A stretch of 64,000 bases of DNA, from the NCBI GenBank assembly GCA_030141605.1, contig JAQGDQ010000738.1:1-64000 (forward strand), given 5' to 3'. The stretch is from Tubiluchus corallicola. Its lineage: Eukaryota > Animalia > Priapulida. Shown here piece by piece: positions 24,001 through 63,357 of the stretch; the stretch's first letter is position 1; every line of letters begins with the position of its first letter. Under the pieces are notes generated by a model. That model did not search any database. It was not told the origin of the DNA and worked only from the letters and a program-made list of their open reading frames with translations. The position numbers and the translations under genes were made by a program.

Positions 24001-25021
24001 TCGTGCAACACCATCTCAGAAAGCCTCGGTTGTGAAGTTAGTCAAACGATATCTCAAGGTTAACACGCTTGCTGTTGGTGATGGTGCCAATGATGTTGCT
24101 ATGATCCATGCTGCCGATGTTGGCATTGGTATATCTGGTCAGGAAGGCATGCAGGCTGTGATGGCGAGCGACTTTGCCATTTCCCGATTTTTCCATTTGC
24201 AGCGTCTTCTCCTAGTTCACGGTCACTGGTGTTATGAACGGCTTGCTCGTATGATTTTGTTCTTTCTGTATAAGAATGCATCATATATTTTTGTATTATT
24301 TTGGTATAGTTTCTACTGCGGGTTCAGTAGTCAAGTCATGGTTGACCAGGTGTACTTGATTCTCTATAGTCTTTTATTTACTTCTATACAGCCGCTAGTA
24401 ATTGGAATTTTTGACCAAGACGTCCCGGACATACTCTTAATTGCCCGTCCAAAGCTGTATAAGCAAGGAATACACTCAAGCGTTTACCGTCCATATTCGT
24501 TTTGGATTAACATGCTAGATGCCTTGTATCAAAGTGTCGTTATTTTCTTCATTCCTTATTGGATATTTGAAGATTCTGACCTCGGTATGTGGGAACTTGG
24601 CACGCTGAGCACGACCATCTGTGTTATCGTGCACACTTTACATTTAAGCATAGAAACAAAGTCATGGACGTACGTTCACATAGGTTCCATTGCGTTGAGC
24701 CTTGTTATATACTTGATTACGATCTTTCTGACGTCAGTTGTCTGTCTAAACTGCAACCCTCCATCAAACCCTTACTGGGTAACATTTCACGTAATGGGAC
24801 GACCACTTCACTGGGCTGCACTCCTCTTAAGTGTAGTCGTGGCCCTTTTTCCGCGTTTCTTGCTTCGGTGCATTTTAGTGAATGCTTGTCCCGAAGATGT
24901 TACTAGAGCACACGTAGCATACAAGAACCGGTGTCTTTCTGGGTCGCCCGATGATTTTATTGCGACCTTTGATTCCACATCTAGTACTTCCACTCTTTTT
25001 AGAAAAGACCATGACAAGTGA
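21095..25021 (+). CDS. ATP10: P4-ATPase phospholipid/glycolipid flippase, ATP10 class, single coding exon (~1308 aa from first ATG)
   Basis: NKVKTTKYS..FLPKNLFEQFHRFANLYF, DGESN, PISL, DKTGT (22499), FDSSRKRMS, KVWVLTGDK, GDGAND; NFAPAINAF, YKRSKLER and MNRDVMWCV resemble ATP10; first ATG at 21095 (ORF track starts at an upstream TTG). Confidence 0.93.
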   Translation: MSMYYGVIARMQTPPPDGWGSHGNPGSEFPPVESPSVSFSQPATPTRVISDTYSWLSSSVTSIPVWLGIRKAALPKTRNVIPNHSIDEPVTKPSHPNHSFHNNKVKTTKYSILTFLPKNLFEQFHRFANLYFVFIVLLNFAPAINAFGKEIAMIPVIAVLCVTAVKDGFEDYRRYLSDKEINHMTCRVYCKCDKRYVKTEWQDVYVGDIVHLSCNEVIPADILFLRSSDDQGICFLETSNIDGESNLKQRQIVRGFVELQETFDPLKFSSTIVCDSPNSQIYKFTGSVVQAHRTEDVPVNKENLLLRGCVLKNTDYVEGIVVYAGHETKAMLNNDGPRYKRSKLERAMNRDVMWCVVILIVLCLFCAVGSCLWLEGYGSDLQLPFIPPGSVDRERLGYQGFVIFLTYIIVYQVIIPISLYVSLEIVKLAQVYFLNLDLKLYHPASDRRLECRAFNITEELGQVQHIFCDKTGTLTENKMIFRKCTIAGKDYPHLPAVNEEASKEVPLVQIATNLPQISKSACNSDGPYQPSIVSPLEESITSQAEDSNLNEFCIDSCLQQEAANICYETTLGIPGDRSDFNSLQDFLLVMSVCNTVVVSKRPHGDQMNESGEVDCRPRPFSAIENKFGFFAPIPKLYRRIVSSSVQKDGTNEKYLKSPDPDLVPELHSKHFFDFDKLISKQADAETVAYFEAESPDELALVYAANVYGVRLIKRTPDIISVHLPGGGIVHFNLLHVLPFDSSRKRMSVLVRHPDTNEIILYTKGADCAIMGELAPVRDLQSKEMVDKTFELLNVYAQQGLRTLCLAKRVLSEEEYGDWLVSQHAAETAIEEREKKLYESACQIETNLMLLGATGIEDRLQDGVPRCIASLREAGIKVWVLTGDKRETAINIANACYLFSPQMEVMVLSCRSKDATESLLQAYNVQVKVASPDNKFALVVDGHTLVYAMHKDCAMSFLELSKYCEAVLCCRATPSQKASVVKLVKRYLKVNTLAVGDGANDVAMIHAADVGIGISGQEGMQAVMASDFAISRFFHLQRLLLVHGHWCYERLARMILFFLYKNASYIFVLFWYSFYCGFSSQVMVDQVYLILYSLLFTSIQPLVIGIFDQDVPDILLIARPKLYKQGIHSSVYRPYSFWINMLDALYQSVVIFFIPYWIFEDSDLGMWELGTLSTTICVIVHTLHLSIETKSWTYVHIGSIALSLVIYLITIFLTSVVCLNCNPPSNPYWVTFHVMGRPLHWAALLLSVVVALFPRFLLRCILVNACPEDVTRAHVAYKNRCLSGSPDDFIATFDSTSSTSTLFRKDHDK

Positions 25022-27014
25022 TGCTTTCATAATGTTGTACCGGTGTTTTAGACAGAAATAGTAGGCCTTCATGATACGCTAATTTAACAGGGATAACAGT
25101 GATAAGCTACTAATAATTCACGCAGTAAAACACAGTAACGTAGCAAAACATGTTAGCGTGCACGACCTAGTCTTTGCTCAAACACAATCCATTCTTGTCA
25201 CATGCCAACTTAATATATTTTTTGTAATCAAATATTTATTATCAAATGACTAAATGCATTCCACAATTTAAGGTGCTAATGTGCAAGGTAATTTTTGTGA
25301 TTTTTTTTTATCGTAACGTTTCGTCTCGTAATTATGTAAGGAGCTTGTAAATAAACACAATAATTCTGCATTTTATACATATAAAAACGCGTTACAAATA
25401 TAACTTATTATTCAGTATTAGGGTAGTTAATGTAATCGGTTAATATTCTTTTAAAATATGTCAAAGCTTCCATTAATGATACTATTATTACTATAAATAT
25501 ACATGTACAATTATGCAGTATGAATGTACTACCTTGGGTTTTTTGGGCTTGCTTATCTTATGGGGATTGCTATAGCATGCCGTACACCATACAGTACAAC
25601 ATAATCACTATCTCGTGAAACAAACTACCCACATTTTTTCATCAATTTCATACCAAAGAAGTTGCTTGCTTAAATTATTAAGTATCTTTAATATTATTTG
25701 GATTGGGAATGAAATAAGTTGAAAGCCAGAGCTGGAGCTTTCTTCGCAATACACTCTTTCAAAGTATTAATGCTCTCTTAACAACCTCAGTATTAATGCA
25801 ATGATCTTAGCATACTAACCTTTTAACTTTTACCTTTATGCTTTTAATTGCCTAATTATTAAGCAGCTGTGTAACCGATAAAATGTTGTCAATTTTTTCT
25901 CTGTTCCTATGAACCTTTATATTAATACCAGCAGTTGAAATTTGATCTTTAATCTACACTAACATTGTGTTTAATGGCGCCATCTTGCAACGCCCTGCTT
26001 CTGCACATATTTCGGTAATACGTTGATCATGTTTCAAAAACGAAATGATTTTCTGAGTGCTTTATTATTATTATTATTCACGTTTTTTATTTTTCAACCC
26101 GTTATTTTGTCTTTAATTAGCCCGAAGGTTTATGATAAGTTTTGATGTAAATACTGAGCCTGTGATTTTTGTAAATTGTAAATGTCCGCCAGACTGGCTT
26201 TTGCTTCTGTTAAAACCTTTTTCAAATAACTTAACAGCTAAATCAGAACTATAATGCATATTAAATGCCTTATAACTGCCCTCATTTTAAGATATGTGCA
26301 CTTGTGATGTAAATATGAAGCATATCCAGAAACTTCCATAACTTTTCATCTGGATTTGTTGTCCGAAAAAGTCAAAGATTTCAAATACGTTCATAAATTC
26401 GGCAAACATTTTTTTTCATCTGAGTGCTCTAATGTACAGAAACAATGTTAATTCTACGAAATGATGTTTTTGAAGATGCTGCATGTTTGAATATGAGTGT
26501 GTGACCATGCTCTGTGTTTCTGCTGTCTCGTGCGATACCAAAAAACTTTCTAAAAGGGAAAGGGGCATTTCTAACCCAAGGAGTGGAGGTGCTTAAATAT
26601 CTAACTGGGGTATGTGGTTTTTGTGCTTGAAGGAAAATTTGTGATGTTTTGCTTAATATATTGAATGCAAAGATGAGCACTGCCAGCTGGATGCATTCTG
26701 GGAAAGTGGAAACTCCATTGACGGCCTTGAGTGGCAGACAATGGACAGAGGCAGCGAAAGTTTGACTAACATCACGGTTGTATGATGATTGAATGTGAAG
26801 AGTTTCCTGTTCCCAACACGCCATATATTCCTGCTGAAATCCTTCATAAAGAACTTGTGGTTTTGGTCTGCACTGGTGGATTCCTTTCCCTTAGCCTTCC
26901 TGCTTGTAACTATTTCTCTGCATCAGACTTTTGGTGGAAATGGTTGCAAAAGGGAATGCCTTTCCTTGCGAGTTCTTCCAGGTTTTGTTATCATGGGTGG
27001 GGTGAGGTCATTTC

Positions 27015-27370
27015 TGACATTGGTGTCCCCTTTCTGGTCTTGTTACTTTGGGTGGAACATGGTCATAACTTACACTGGTGTCCTTTTCCTGGTTATGTTA
27101 CTGTGGGTGGGACTTGGTTATTTGTTACACTGGTGTCCTTTTCCTGGTTATGTTACTGTGGGTGGGACTTGGTTATTTGTTACACTGGTGTCCTTTTCCT
27201 GGTTATGTTACTGTGGGTGGGACTTGGTTATTTGTTACACTGGTGTTCTTTTCCTGGTTATGTTACTGTGGGTGGGACGTGGTTATTTTTTACATTGGTG
27301 TCCTTTTCCTGATCTTGTTACTGTGGGTGGGACATGGTCATTACTTACACTGGTCTCCTTTTCCTGGTGG
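27015..27370. repeat. 55-bp minisatellite, ~6 copies
   Basis: TACACTGGTGTCCTTTTCCTGG... recurs at 27071, 27126, 27181, 27236. Confidence 0.93.
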
Positions 27371-27611
27371 ATGGGATGTGCTCATTTCAAACACTGGTGG
27401 CCGTGAGTTCATCTCCAACTCATTCCGAATGCATGGGGCAAAAGTACGCAGATAGGTTTGGTGATTAGTCAATTGGGAGCAGTGGTCCTTGAGTGAGTTG
27501 GAGGTTGTAGCCATCATCAACATCAGCGCTGATCAGCTACTGAATTAAATAGGTAAGTTTGATCAAGTGTTTTACTTACTGTCATTACTTTATTTTATCA
27601 TTACTGATGTA

Positions 27612-27939
27612 CAGTAGGCGCCGCTTAATAGACTCACTTTGGGACGGAAAGCGTGTTGACCTAGTTAACCATGTGATTACCGTATCTGCTTACAGACAAC
27701 GCTGTACGTAACATGACTGTTTCTAACTACATTATAGTGCACAAAATGGACTAATAAAAGCAGCAAAAGCTGTTTGAACACACGCAAGTGTCTTATTTTA
27801 AGTACGTGAATGGAAAATCTTGAGTCAATTTCCGACAGTTTTTATATACCATTGAATAGGAGTCGTCCATACCAGACGTTTTTGAATCAGTTAGGTGACC
27901 GATTCTATTAACCGTGAGTCAAATAAACGGCACCTACTG
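27612..27939. mobile_element. pogo-like MITE (CAGTAGGCGCCG TIR)
   Basis: TIRs CAGTAGGCGCCG...CGGCACCTACTG with TA flanks. Confidence 0.75.
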
Positions 27940-28303
27940 TATAAGCAAATGTGTCTGCTGCTCGCTGCTACAGCCTGCAGGTTACTTTGTACTTCTAGTT
28001 ACTTTGTACTTGATTGATTCATTATCAAATGTTAGGACAGCCTTTAGTTTATTCCTAGAAAATTCAAATTTGAGAAAATTTAATTGTGGCGAAAGACGAT
28101 CTAACGTAGAAGAGTTTCAGAAGCGTCACCTGCATGTTGCAAAATGTTTTTGAAGGTTTAACTGAAGTAAGAATTCTTGTGGTTCAAATGCCAGAGATTA
28201 TTTGTGATATAGAGTAATGAAGGCAAGGCAAAGTGAACAATGATGTATCGCCACCTACGAACTGAGTCCGGCAGGTGGAGTAGGACGAGACGAGAAAATA
28301 GAA

Positions 28304-28803
28304 CAGGGGTGTGCAAATTATCTGACTAGCCGGGCCACATTAAACTTTGCCGCAATTCCTGCGGGCCACATGCAGTTTGGTCAAGGAGCCAAATACAGAA
28401 AGGCCTAATAACGATTTTTTTGCATCCGACCTGCGTACATCATTACTACTACACTTAAGAAACTATTTTAGAAGTTATTAAAATTTATATTACAAACCAT
28501 ATATTTCTGCTTTCGGGACAGATAGTGGTAATTTCATTACAATACATATTAGTAATGTGTATCACACAGTCTGTGTAGTACAGTGACATTAAGCTACAAC
28601 CGTCTTGTAAGGGTTAATGGCATCCGATCTAGTAGAAAAAACTACCCGCACTATCTTTGGGATCGTGGCACGGACTTCAGCTGGATACACTCAATTAATC
28701 GCCCGGGCCGCACTTTCATTAGGTTGACAAATCTCTTCTCGGGCCGCACAAATTCTCTTGGCGGGCTGCAAGTGGCCCGTGGGCTGCAATTTGCACACCC
28801 CTG
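28304..28803. mobile_element. hAT-type MITE family E
   Basis: TIRs CAGGGGTGTGCAAATT...AATTTGCACACCCCTG; exact 8-bp TSD AAATAGAA. Confidence 0.92.
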
Positions 28804-29112
28804 AAATAGAATGTCAGTTTTGTGATTTGAATGTTGTTCGGACTCTTACTCATGCGGTCTTAAAATGTCCCGAAACTAAATATGCTGACTGTGTTGAACA
28901 TAACAACTCTTTTATGACACAATTTACTGTAAACAAAACCAAATATTTGTATAAAGTTTGTGGAAATAACGAACTTAAATTAATTTTCAAACACGTGTAA
29001 ATATTCACGATTGCAATTAATACCACACTAAAATTATATTTCATGTAATGATGCGTCTGGCTTGTCAACGGATTGTTTTATATGTTATGGTTATTTTACT
29101 TGGTATAGACTG

Positions 29113-29147
<35 letters not shown>

Positions 29148-29148
29148 T

Positions 29149-29190
<42 letters not shown>
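29113..29190. repeat. (TA)n microsatellite
   Basis: Directly visible. Confidence 0.95.
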
Positions 29191-29192
<2 letters not shown>

Positions 29193-29624
29193 GTCGATAT
29201 AGCGCAATTTATTATCTTTCTTCCTACCATTTCCACTAACACATCCTTCTACTCTTCCTGTGTGATATAACCTTTTGTTCTTTTTTGTTCACTCATCCAT
29301 TCTTTTTTTATCGGGTTCACATGACAGTGGGCTTATACAGCTTTGTCTCTAGCCTCACTGCAGTACAATTATATTGATAACTAGGTAAACATAATTTTAA
29401 TACAGTGATGTAATAAGCTGTCACTCTGTGCTTAATGTCATTATATTTTACTGAATGTGATAATAATAATAAATAAATGATAAATAAGTTATGCTCAATG
29501 ATAAAAGTATAATTAGTTAATGTAACCCTTGATTGTTATGCCTTTAAAATGGATCTTACTTTAAATTTGACCTTTAGGCACCTTTTTACCTCTTTAACTT
29601 TCTTTTGCATTTTTGGGGAAAGAA

Positions 29625-29815
29625 TTTTTTCCGCCATCAGAACAAATTCGAGTTTAACGCCCTTTGGTAAAGCGAGTTCATGTTAAGCTAACGTATACCA
29701 AGCGTTTTAGCGTAGGCTCTGATTGGTTACTCGAGGGACGATGAGGTGAGTTGGACATTCCAGAAAGTAGGACTTTAGACTCTCGTGGTGGCATTTTACG
29801 TTGACCCAATAAATA
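29625..29815 (+). promoter_or_regulatory. candidate ZC3H11A promoter / non-coding first exon
   Basis: CCGCCAT (YY1-like) at 29631, ATTGG at 29722 and CCAAT at 29806, donor GAG|GTGAGT at 29746. Confidence 0.45.
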
Positions 29816-30694
29816 CGTTGATTACTCAGAGTAGAGTAATCAAATATTTATTTTGCATCGTTAATGCTAGTCAATAAATATCAGGTATCACGTACAGCAA
29901 AATTCTCTTGCCAATTTTCTAATGTAAACCTCTTATCTTTGTCATTTACTACTTAGTTTTGAACGTATTGCATTTTTTGTACATATTGGTGAAATTGTTC
30001 TTTGTATTTAGGGAAAGATATTATGAAGTATTGTCAACATTGACATTGGCGAGATCTACTAACTACTTATCACCTGAACTTATTGAACAATACAATTTTT
30101 TTCAGTTAAATAAATCAAATTAAAGGTAATTGCATACTGGCAAAGAGTTACAATATTGCTTATGCTATCTTAATGTATAGTTTATAGTTACATGTGTGTA
30201 ATGATTAGCACTTCTGCCTACACTGGGTTAGGTATAAAATGTACGTGTTTTTTTTATTTAACAGTCTGTTCAGTAAACGAGTTTTATATTTAGTTTTCTC
30301 TTGGCTTTTCCTTTATTAGATTATACGTATCTGCTTCGTGTAAGAAAACGTAAAATTTGTGAGCATTACAATGTCACCCCCTCAGATTTTAAATTTTCAA
30401 TTTCGAAATAATTTTGAATTTAAATTCAGGGAATTGTCACTACCGAGCTTGCAAATGGAAAGTTGAATTTTTCTCGCTTGATGCTGTGCTGAAATCAGAA
30501 TATATAGAAGCAGTTGTCTGAAACTGTTTGTGGTGTGGCACAAGCATTTGTGTATTTGAAACATAAATAATAAACCTATTAGGCAAACAATTGTTATAAA
30601 CAGTGAAAGTATTTCGCAAGCCAGAGTTTGCACTTTTGGTTAAATTCTTGCAGCCCTAGATGAAACGAAGCTAGATTAGCAAAACCCGTTAGCA

Positions 30695-32132
30695 CTGGAA
30701 AAGATTTCACTCAAGACTCCAGCTAAAAGTTGTTTTATAGGTGCAGTTGTCTAATTTCTAACTGTTTGTAGTGTGTTGCAATCAAACTGAGGTCAGTTTG
30801 TTCGATGCCGTGTTTTTCCAGCTTTCCAGTTAAAACTGAAAAAGATTTCACTCAAAGCTCCAGCTAAAAGTTGTTTTATAGGTACAGTTGTCTAATTTCT
30901 AACTGTTTGTAGTGTGTTGCTATCAAAATGAGGTAACTGGAAAAGAATTCACTCAAGACTCCAGCTAAAAGTTGTTTTATAGGTGCAGTTGTCTAATTTC
31001 TAACTGTTTGTAGTGTGTTGCTATCAAACTGAGGCAGGTTTGTTTGCTGCCGTGTTTTTCCAGCTTTCCGGTTAAAACTGGAAAAGATTTCACTCAAAGC
31101 TCCAGCTAAAAGTTGTTTTATAGGTGCAGTTGTCTAATTTCTAACTGTTTGTAGTGTGTTGCTATCAAAATGAGGTAACTGGAAAAGAATTCACTCAAGA
31201 CTCCAGCTAAAAGTTCTTTTATAGGTACAGTTGTCTAGTTTCTAACTGTTTGTAGTGTGTTGCTATCAAACTGAGGCAGGTTTGTTTGCTGCCGTGTTTT
31301 TCCAGCTTTCCGGTTAAAACTGGAAAAGATTTCACTCAAAGCTCCAGCTAAAAGTTGTTTTATAGGTACAGTTGTCTAATTTCTAACTGTTTGTAGTGTG
31401 TTGCTATCAAAATGAGGTAACTGGAAAAGAATTCACTCAAGACTCCAGCTAAAAGTTCTTTTATAGGTGCAGTTGTCTATTTCTAACTGTTTGTAGTGTG
31501 TTGCTATCAAACTGAGGCAGGTTTGTTTGCTGCCGTGTTTTTCCAGCTTTCCGGTTAAAACTGGAAAAGATTTCACTCAAAGCTCCAGCTAAAAGTTGTT
31601 TTATAGGTGCAGTTGTCTAATTTCTAACTGTTTGTAGTGTGTTGCTATCAAAATGAGGTAACTGGAAAAGAATTCACTCAAGACTCCAGCTAAAAGTTCT
31701 TTTATAGGTCAGTTGTCTATTTCTAACTGTTTGTAGTGTGTTGCTATCAAACTGAGGCAGGTTTGTTTGCTGCCGTGTTTTTCCAGCTTTCCAGTTAAAA
31801 CTGAAAAAGATTTCACTCAAAGCTCCAGCTAAAAGTTGTTTTATAGGTACAGTTGTCTAATTTCTAACTGTTTGTAGTGTGTTGCTATCAAAATGAGGTA
31901 ACTGGAAAAGAATTCACTCAAGACTCCAGCTAAAAGTTGTTTTATAGGTGCAGTTGTCTAATTTCTAACTGTTTGTAGTGTGTTGCTATCAAACTGAGGC
32001 AGGTTTGTTTGCTGCCGTGTTTTTCCAGCTTTCCGGTTAAAACTGGAAAAGATTTCACTCAAAGCTCCAGCTAAAAGTTGTTTTATAGGTGCAGTTGTCT
32101 GATTTCTAACTGTTTGTGGTGTGTTGCGATCA
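30695..32132. repeat. higher-order satellite, ~242-bp period of alternating ~142- and ~100-bp monomers, ~6 periods
   Basis: CTGGAAAAGAATTCACTCAAGACTCC at ~30937, 31179, 31421, 31662, 31902. Confidence 0.95.
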
Positions 32133-32318
32133 ATTGCGTACCTGGAAACTTAAGTCAGCGTAATGTTTTGCAGGTCAGGTGACAAATTTCTATGAGAACA
32201 TCTTTTACTTTCGAGAAAGAGACGGAGCTTGTGGATAGCACCACCGATAGGGAAGTTCAGTAATTGGGATTAGATTTGCCTGGTTCGCATTCCCCTACAC
32301 AGGTGGCATTTACTCAGA

Positions 32319-59125
<26,807 letters not shown>

Positions 59126-60232
59126 TCGACGATTAGCTTCTAATTAGCATCGTTGTAAATACAATTGAACTGATTTTACAATTCATATGTATATGTGCTC
59201 ACATTAACCCAATCTTTAAATCTGGTTCAGTTCCCGGCAAATTTGTGAAGACCCATTACTAGTAGACTGATCTTTCTGTAGAAGTTCGTCTATGTTTGTT
59301 GTACTGAACTAGCGGCCGCATTTTGCACACCCCTGAATTAGGAGATAGGGTGACAGGGTCAGGCCAGACTGTGGTTTCCTGTGTTGCACCGAAATGTGTT
59401 GTAGTTGGGTTTTGGGTATCTGCGCTGCAAAGCTTGGCTTATTTCTTACTGTTTTGTCGAATGATCAATCTTTTGTTTTGTTTATCCGTTTATCACGAGA
59501 GTGCTGATATATAAGCAGGTTGTATTCCTCGCTCTCTGTTTGATTACACGTGAACCCGCTGTACTGCACATGAAACATGTTTATGACTCTACTGTAACAT
59601 CGACAAGGACAAAGAATGGTTATAGTTTGTTATTCTTGTTGTGTAGCAGGTGAAGTAAATTTCAGAGCTGCTACCGTACTTGACTTAACAAGCTTGTAGT
59701 GAAGTATTTATGGCACAGTGAATTTTAGTTGAAAACTTACCCATGCTATTAATACGTGTTTGAAATTAATGCTTATCCGTTTAAAAGTTGTTCAAAGTTT
59801 TCAATAAACATCAGCAGTAGTTTGTGCATTGACTGCGATGCCTTCATAAACAATTCATTATCTTAATTTGACTATTATTGTTGACTGGAGTTTTGCATTT
59901 CTAGTTCCCACAATGTTGGGCCTGACTTGGCACAGTATCAACTTAGTGTGCCATTGTAAAGAAGTTTAAAAACTTACAAAAGATGAAACATGTCAGTTGT
60001 TTGACTGCTATCATGTTATAAGAGCTCGTGGGTTGTATTGTGTCAGTTGTTCAACAATTTAGTTGACTGTCTTGTAATTCGAATTCAGGTATAGGATAGC
60101 GCCGTATTGTTTCACATTTCCTGCGCTGTCGTGTGGTATCGGTTCATCGGAACACGCTGTGTCAAGTGTCCTACAGCTTAGCTTCTGACATGTCTTGACC
60201 CATGACAGGTGTAAATCATTAAACATTTTAGT

Positions 60233-61170
60233 TGCTGTCATGTGGTGAGATCTTGTCCATTGAATAGTGTCAGTTATTCAACACTGTAGCTACTGTCGCT
60301 ACTGTCGCTTAGTAAGAGTTTGTCTGTTGAATAGTGTAAATTATTCAACACTGTAGGTACTGTCATTCAACACTGTTGCTACTGTCATGTGGTGAGAGTT
60401 TGTCTATGGAATAATGTCAGTTATTCAACACTGTTACTACTGTCATGTGGTGAGAGTTTGTCTATGGAATAATGTCAGTTATTCAACACTGTTACTACTG
60501 TCATGTGGTGAGATCTTGTCCATTGAATAGTGTCAGTTATTCAACAGTGTTGCTACTGTCAGTGGTGAGAGCTTGTCCATCAAATAGTGTCAGTTATTCA
60601 ACAGTGTTGCTACTGTCAGTGGTGAGAGTTTCTCTGCCGAATAGTGTCAGTTATTCAACACTGTAGCTACTGTCATGTGGTGAGAGTTTCTCTGTCGAAT
60701 AGTGTCAGTTATTCAACACTGTAGCTACTGTCATGTGGTGAGATCTTGTCCATCGAATAGTGCCAGTTATTCAACACTGTTGCTACTGTCGTGTGGTGAG
60801 AGTTTCTCTGTCGAATAATGTCAGTTATTCAATACTGTAGCTGCTGTCGCTTAGTAAGAGTTTGTCCATCGAATAGTGTCAGTTATTCAACACTGTTGCT
60901 ACTGTCGGTGAGAGCTTGTCCATCGAATAGTGCCAGTTATTCAGCACTGTTGCGACTGTCGTGTGGTGAGAGTTTCTCTGTCGAATAATGTCAGTTATTC
61001 AGCACTGTAGCTACTGTCACGTGGTAAGATCTTGTCCATCAAATAGTGTCAGTTATTCAACACTGTTGCTACTGTCATGTGGTGAGAGTTTCTCTGCCGA
61101 ATAGTGTCAGTTATTCAACACTGTAGCTACTGTCAATTATTCGACATTTTGGCTACTGTCAGTGGTGAGA
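60233..61170. repeat. ~59-bp minisatellite, ~15 divergent copies
   Basis: GAATAGTGTCAGTTATTCAACACTGT.GCTACTGTCATGTGGTGAGA recurring. Confidence 0.93.
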
Positions 61171-61425
61171 TGGTTGAGAATTTACATTACTTCTATCTAC
61201 CAGTTTAATTACCTTGTGTCTCTTTAATGCGACATCTTTAATGAATAAGGTGAAGTAGAAGTGACGTGTTGCTATTGACAGTTGGTAGCAAAAAGTTGAG
61301 CATGATGTAGGTTTTCCGTCTCGAGATTTATAGAAATGCATCCTAACAATTCTAATCATTTCGGTTGATGGCAGTCCGTTTACGTTAATTGCAAAGGGTT
61401 TGTCTTTAGAACTTGCAGCCGCTAG

Positions 61426-61714
61426 ACTCAAAGTCAAGATTGTGCGGTTGCACTCAAAGTCAAGATTGCGCGGTTGCATTCAAAGTCAAGATTGCGTGGT
61501 TGCACCCAAAGTCAGGATTGCGTGGTTGCACTCAAAATCAAGATTGCGTGGTTGCACTCAAAGTCAAGATTGCGCGGTTGCATTCAAAGTCAAGATTGCG
61601 TGGTTGCATTCAAAGTCAAGATTGCGTGGTTGCACTCAAAGTCAAGATTGCGTGGTTGCACTCAAAGTCAAGATTGCACGGTTGCACTCAAAGTCAAGAT
61701 TGCGTGGTTGCACT
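61426..61714. repeat. 26-bp minisatellite, ~11 copies
   Basis: GCACTCAAAGTCAAGATTGCGTGGTT. Confidence 0.95.
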
Positions 61715-62996
61715 ACGAAATCTAAACCGCTCGCCCACACAACCCAGGGCATCCTTCGCACGCATGTCTGTCGTCCAATCAGTTCCAGTCTCATGAGGCT
61801 TCGTACAAGAAGAATCAAATCTGTAGTGAAAAAATGTTCACAGAAGTCGGGCGTATAAGTTACTTTGGCATGGGAAATTAAAACACATTGAAAAGAATTT
61901 CAACTTGCAGCATGCCCCCCCCCTCCCCAGCATCCATCATTAAGTGTGGATTATTCTCCCCATGTACAAAACATTTTACACGTATCTAAGGTGGAGCTTC
62001 ATTGAATTACTTAGTCGCTTTGTTTTCAAACGTTAGTCACCTTTCCTAGGAATTTCTGCGGTTTGTCGCTTGCAAAATTTTTTACCAGTCTTACCAGGGT
62101 TTTTTTACATCAATGTATTCAACTACAGTTTCCATTTCCGAAGGCACAATTTCATCTTGATTTTGTTCTATACTTATAAATGTTAGTGCAAATGTTTAAA
62201 CAAACATGGTGGTATGTACGTAAGAAACAAAATATACAGACTGGTTTGAGCGTCAAATTTTAACACGTTTTAAATTTTTGCACGACGTTTCATATAGCAT
62301 ATTCCTTTGATAGTTTTCCTTGTCTAGTTGTCATCAAATCCTGACTTTGATTACGCGATTTAAATCTTCCTTATTCTAATTCTGTATATTTGCCGTAGTA
62401 AAGTTACTTATGTACAAACTGACATTCTACTGTGCACGCATTTAGCTATGATATTTGGGTTGTACGGTTCGTTATTTATTTGAGAACACACAAATGGTCT
62501 CCCCTCTAGTTGCCCAACCGCATTAATGTTTCACTCGTTTATTGGACAGATGGTCGATCACATAAGATCTTTCTTTTGCACTCACCCTGTACGAGCACTT
62601 CTAGTAACAGTGTAAGGTTTTTGATTTGTATTTTTCAAGTGAAGGAACATTATGATTATTGTGTTTTGCAAGTGTTGAAGTTGACATCTTGATTTTTGTA
62701 AGATTTTGATTTGTGTCTTTCCTAAACAACGAACTTGCTTTATTCAAAGTAGCGGCTTGTTCTAATGTATTTGTTTACATTTGCCTAAATACAGCAAGTC
62801 AATTGTACACGTTTTTTGATGCACACGTAGCACATGTGAACGCTTTGCTGTGTGAACATGTTTCAGTGCATATATGGCTTAATGTACCAGTGTACTTAGT
62901 TTCCACTGAATTAGATTGTTCCATGTTATGGCAGTATCAGTAAGTGCTCTGTATTTCACAAGCATTTTGACCCTCGATGACCTGATTTTGACCCAG

Positions 62997-63357
62997 CCTT
63001 GACCTGCAGAAAGGTCAAACATTTGAAAAGTCTATGTTATGTGTTTTTTAATACGCTTCCTGTATAGCTTTGACCTGCAGAAAAGTCAAACATTTGAAAA
63101 GTCTATGTTATGTGTTTCTGAATACACTTACTTTATAGCTTTGACCTGCAGAAAAGTCAAACATTTGAAAAGTCTATGTTATGTGTTTCTGAATACACTT
63201 ACTTTATAGCTTTGACCTGCAGAAAAGTCAAACATTTGAAAAGTCTATGTTATGTGTTTTTGAATACGCTTCCTGTATAGCTTTGACCTGCAGAAAAGTC
63301 AAACATTTGAAAAGTCTATGTTATGTGTTTTTGAATACGCTTCCTGTATAGCTTTGA
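62997..63357. repeat. 71-bp tandem repeat x5
   Basis: TTGACCTGCAGAAAAGTCAAACATTTG at 71-bp spacing. Confidence 0.95.

Noticed and set aside
30695-32132. Repeat/spacer-like alternation resembling a CRISPR array
   Set aside because: Intervening segments are themselves repeated, there are no unique spacers or cas genes, and the context is eukaryotic
29746-32302. ZBED6-like domesticated transposase in the ZC3H11A 5' intron, as in placental mammals
   Set aside because: No long ORF or BED finger; the interval is AT-rich DNA plus satellite
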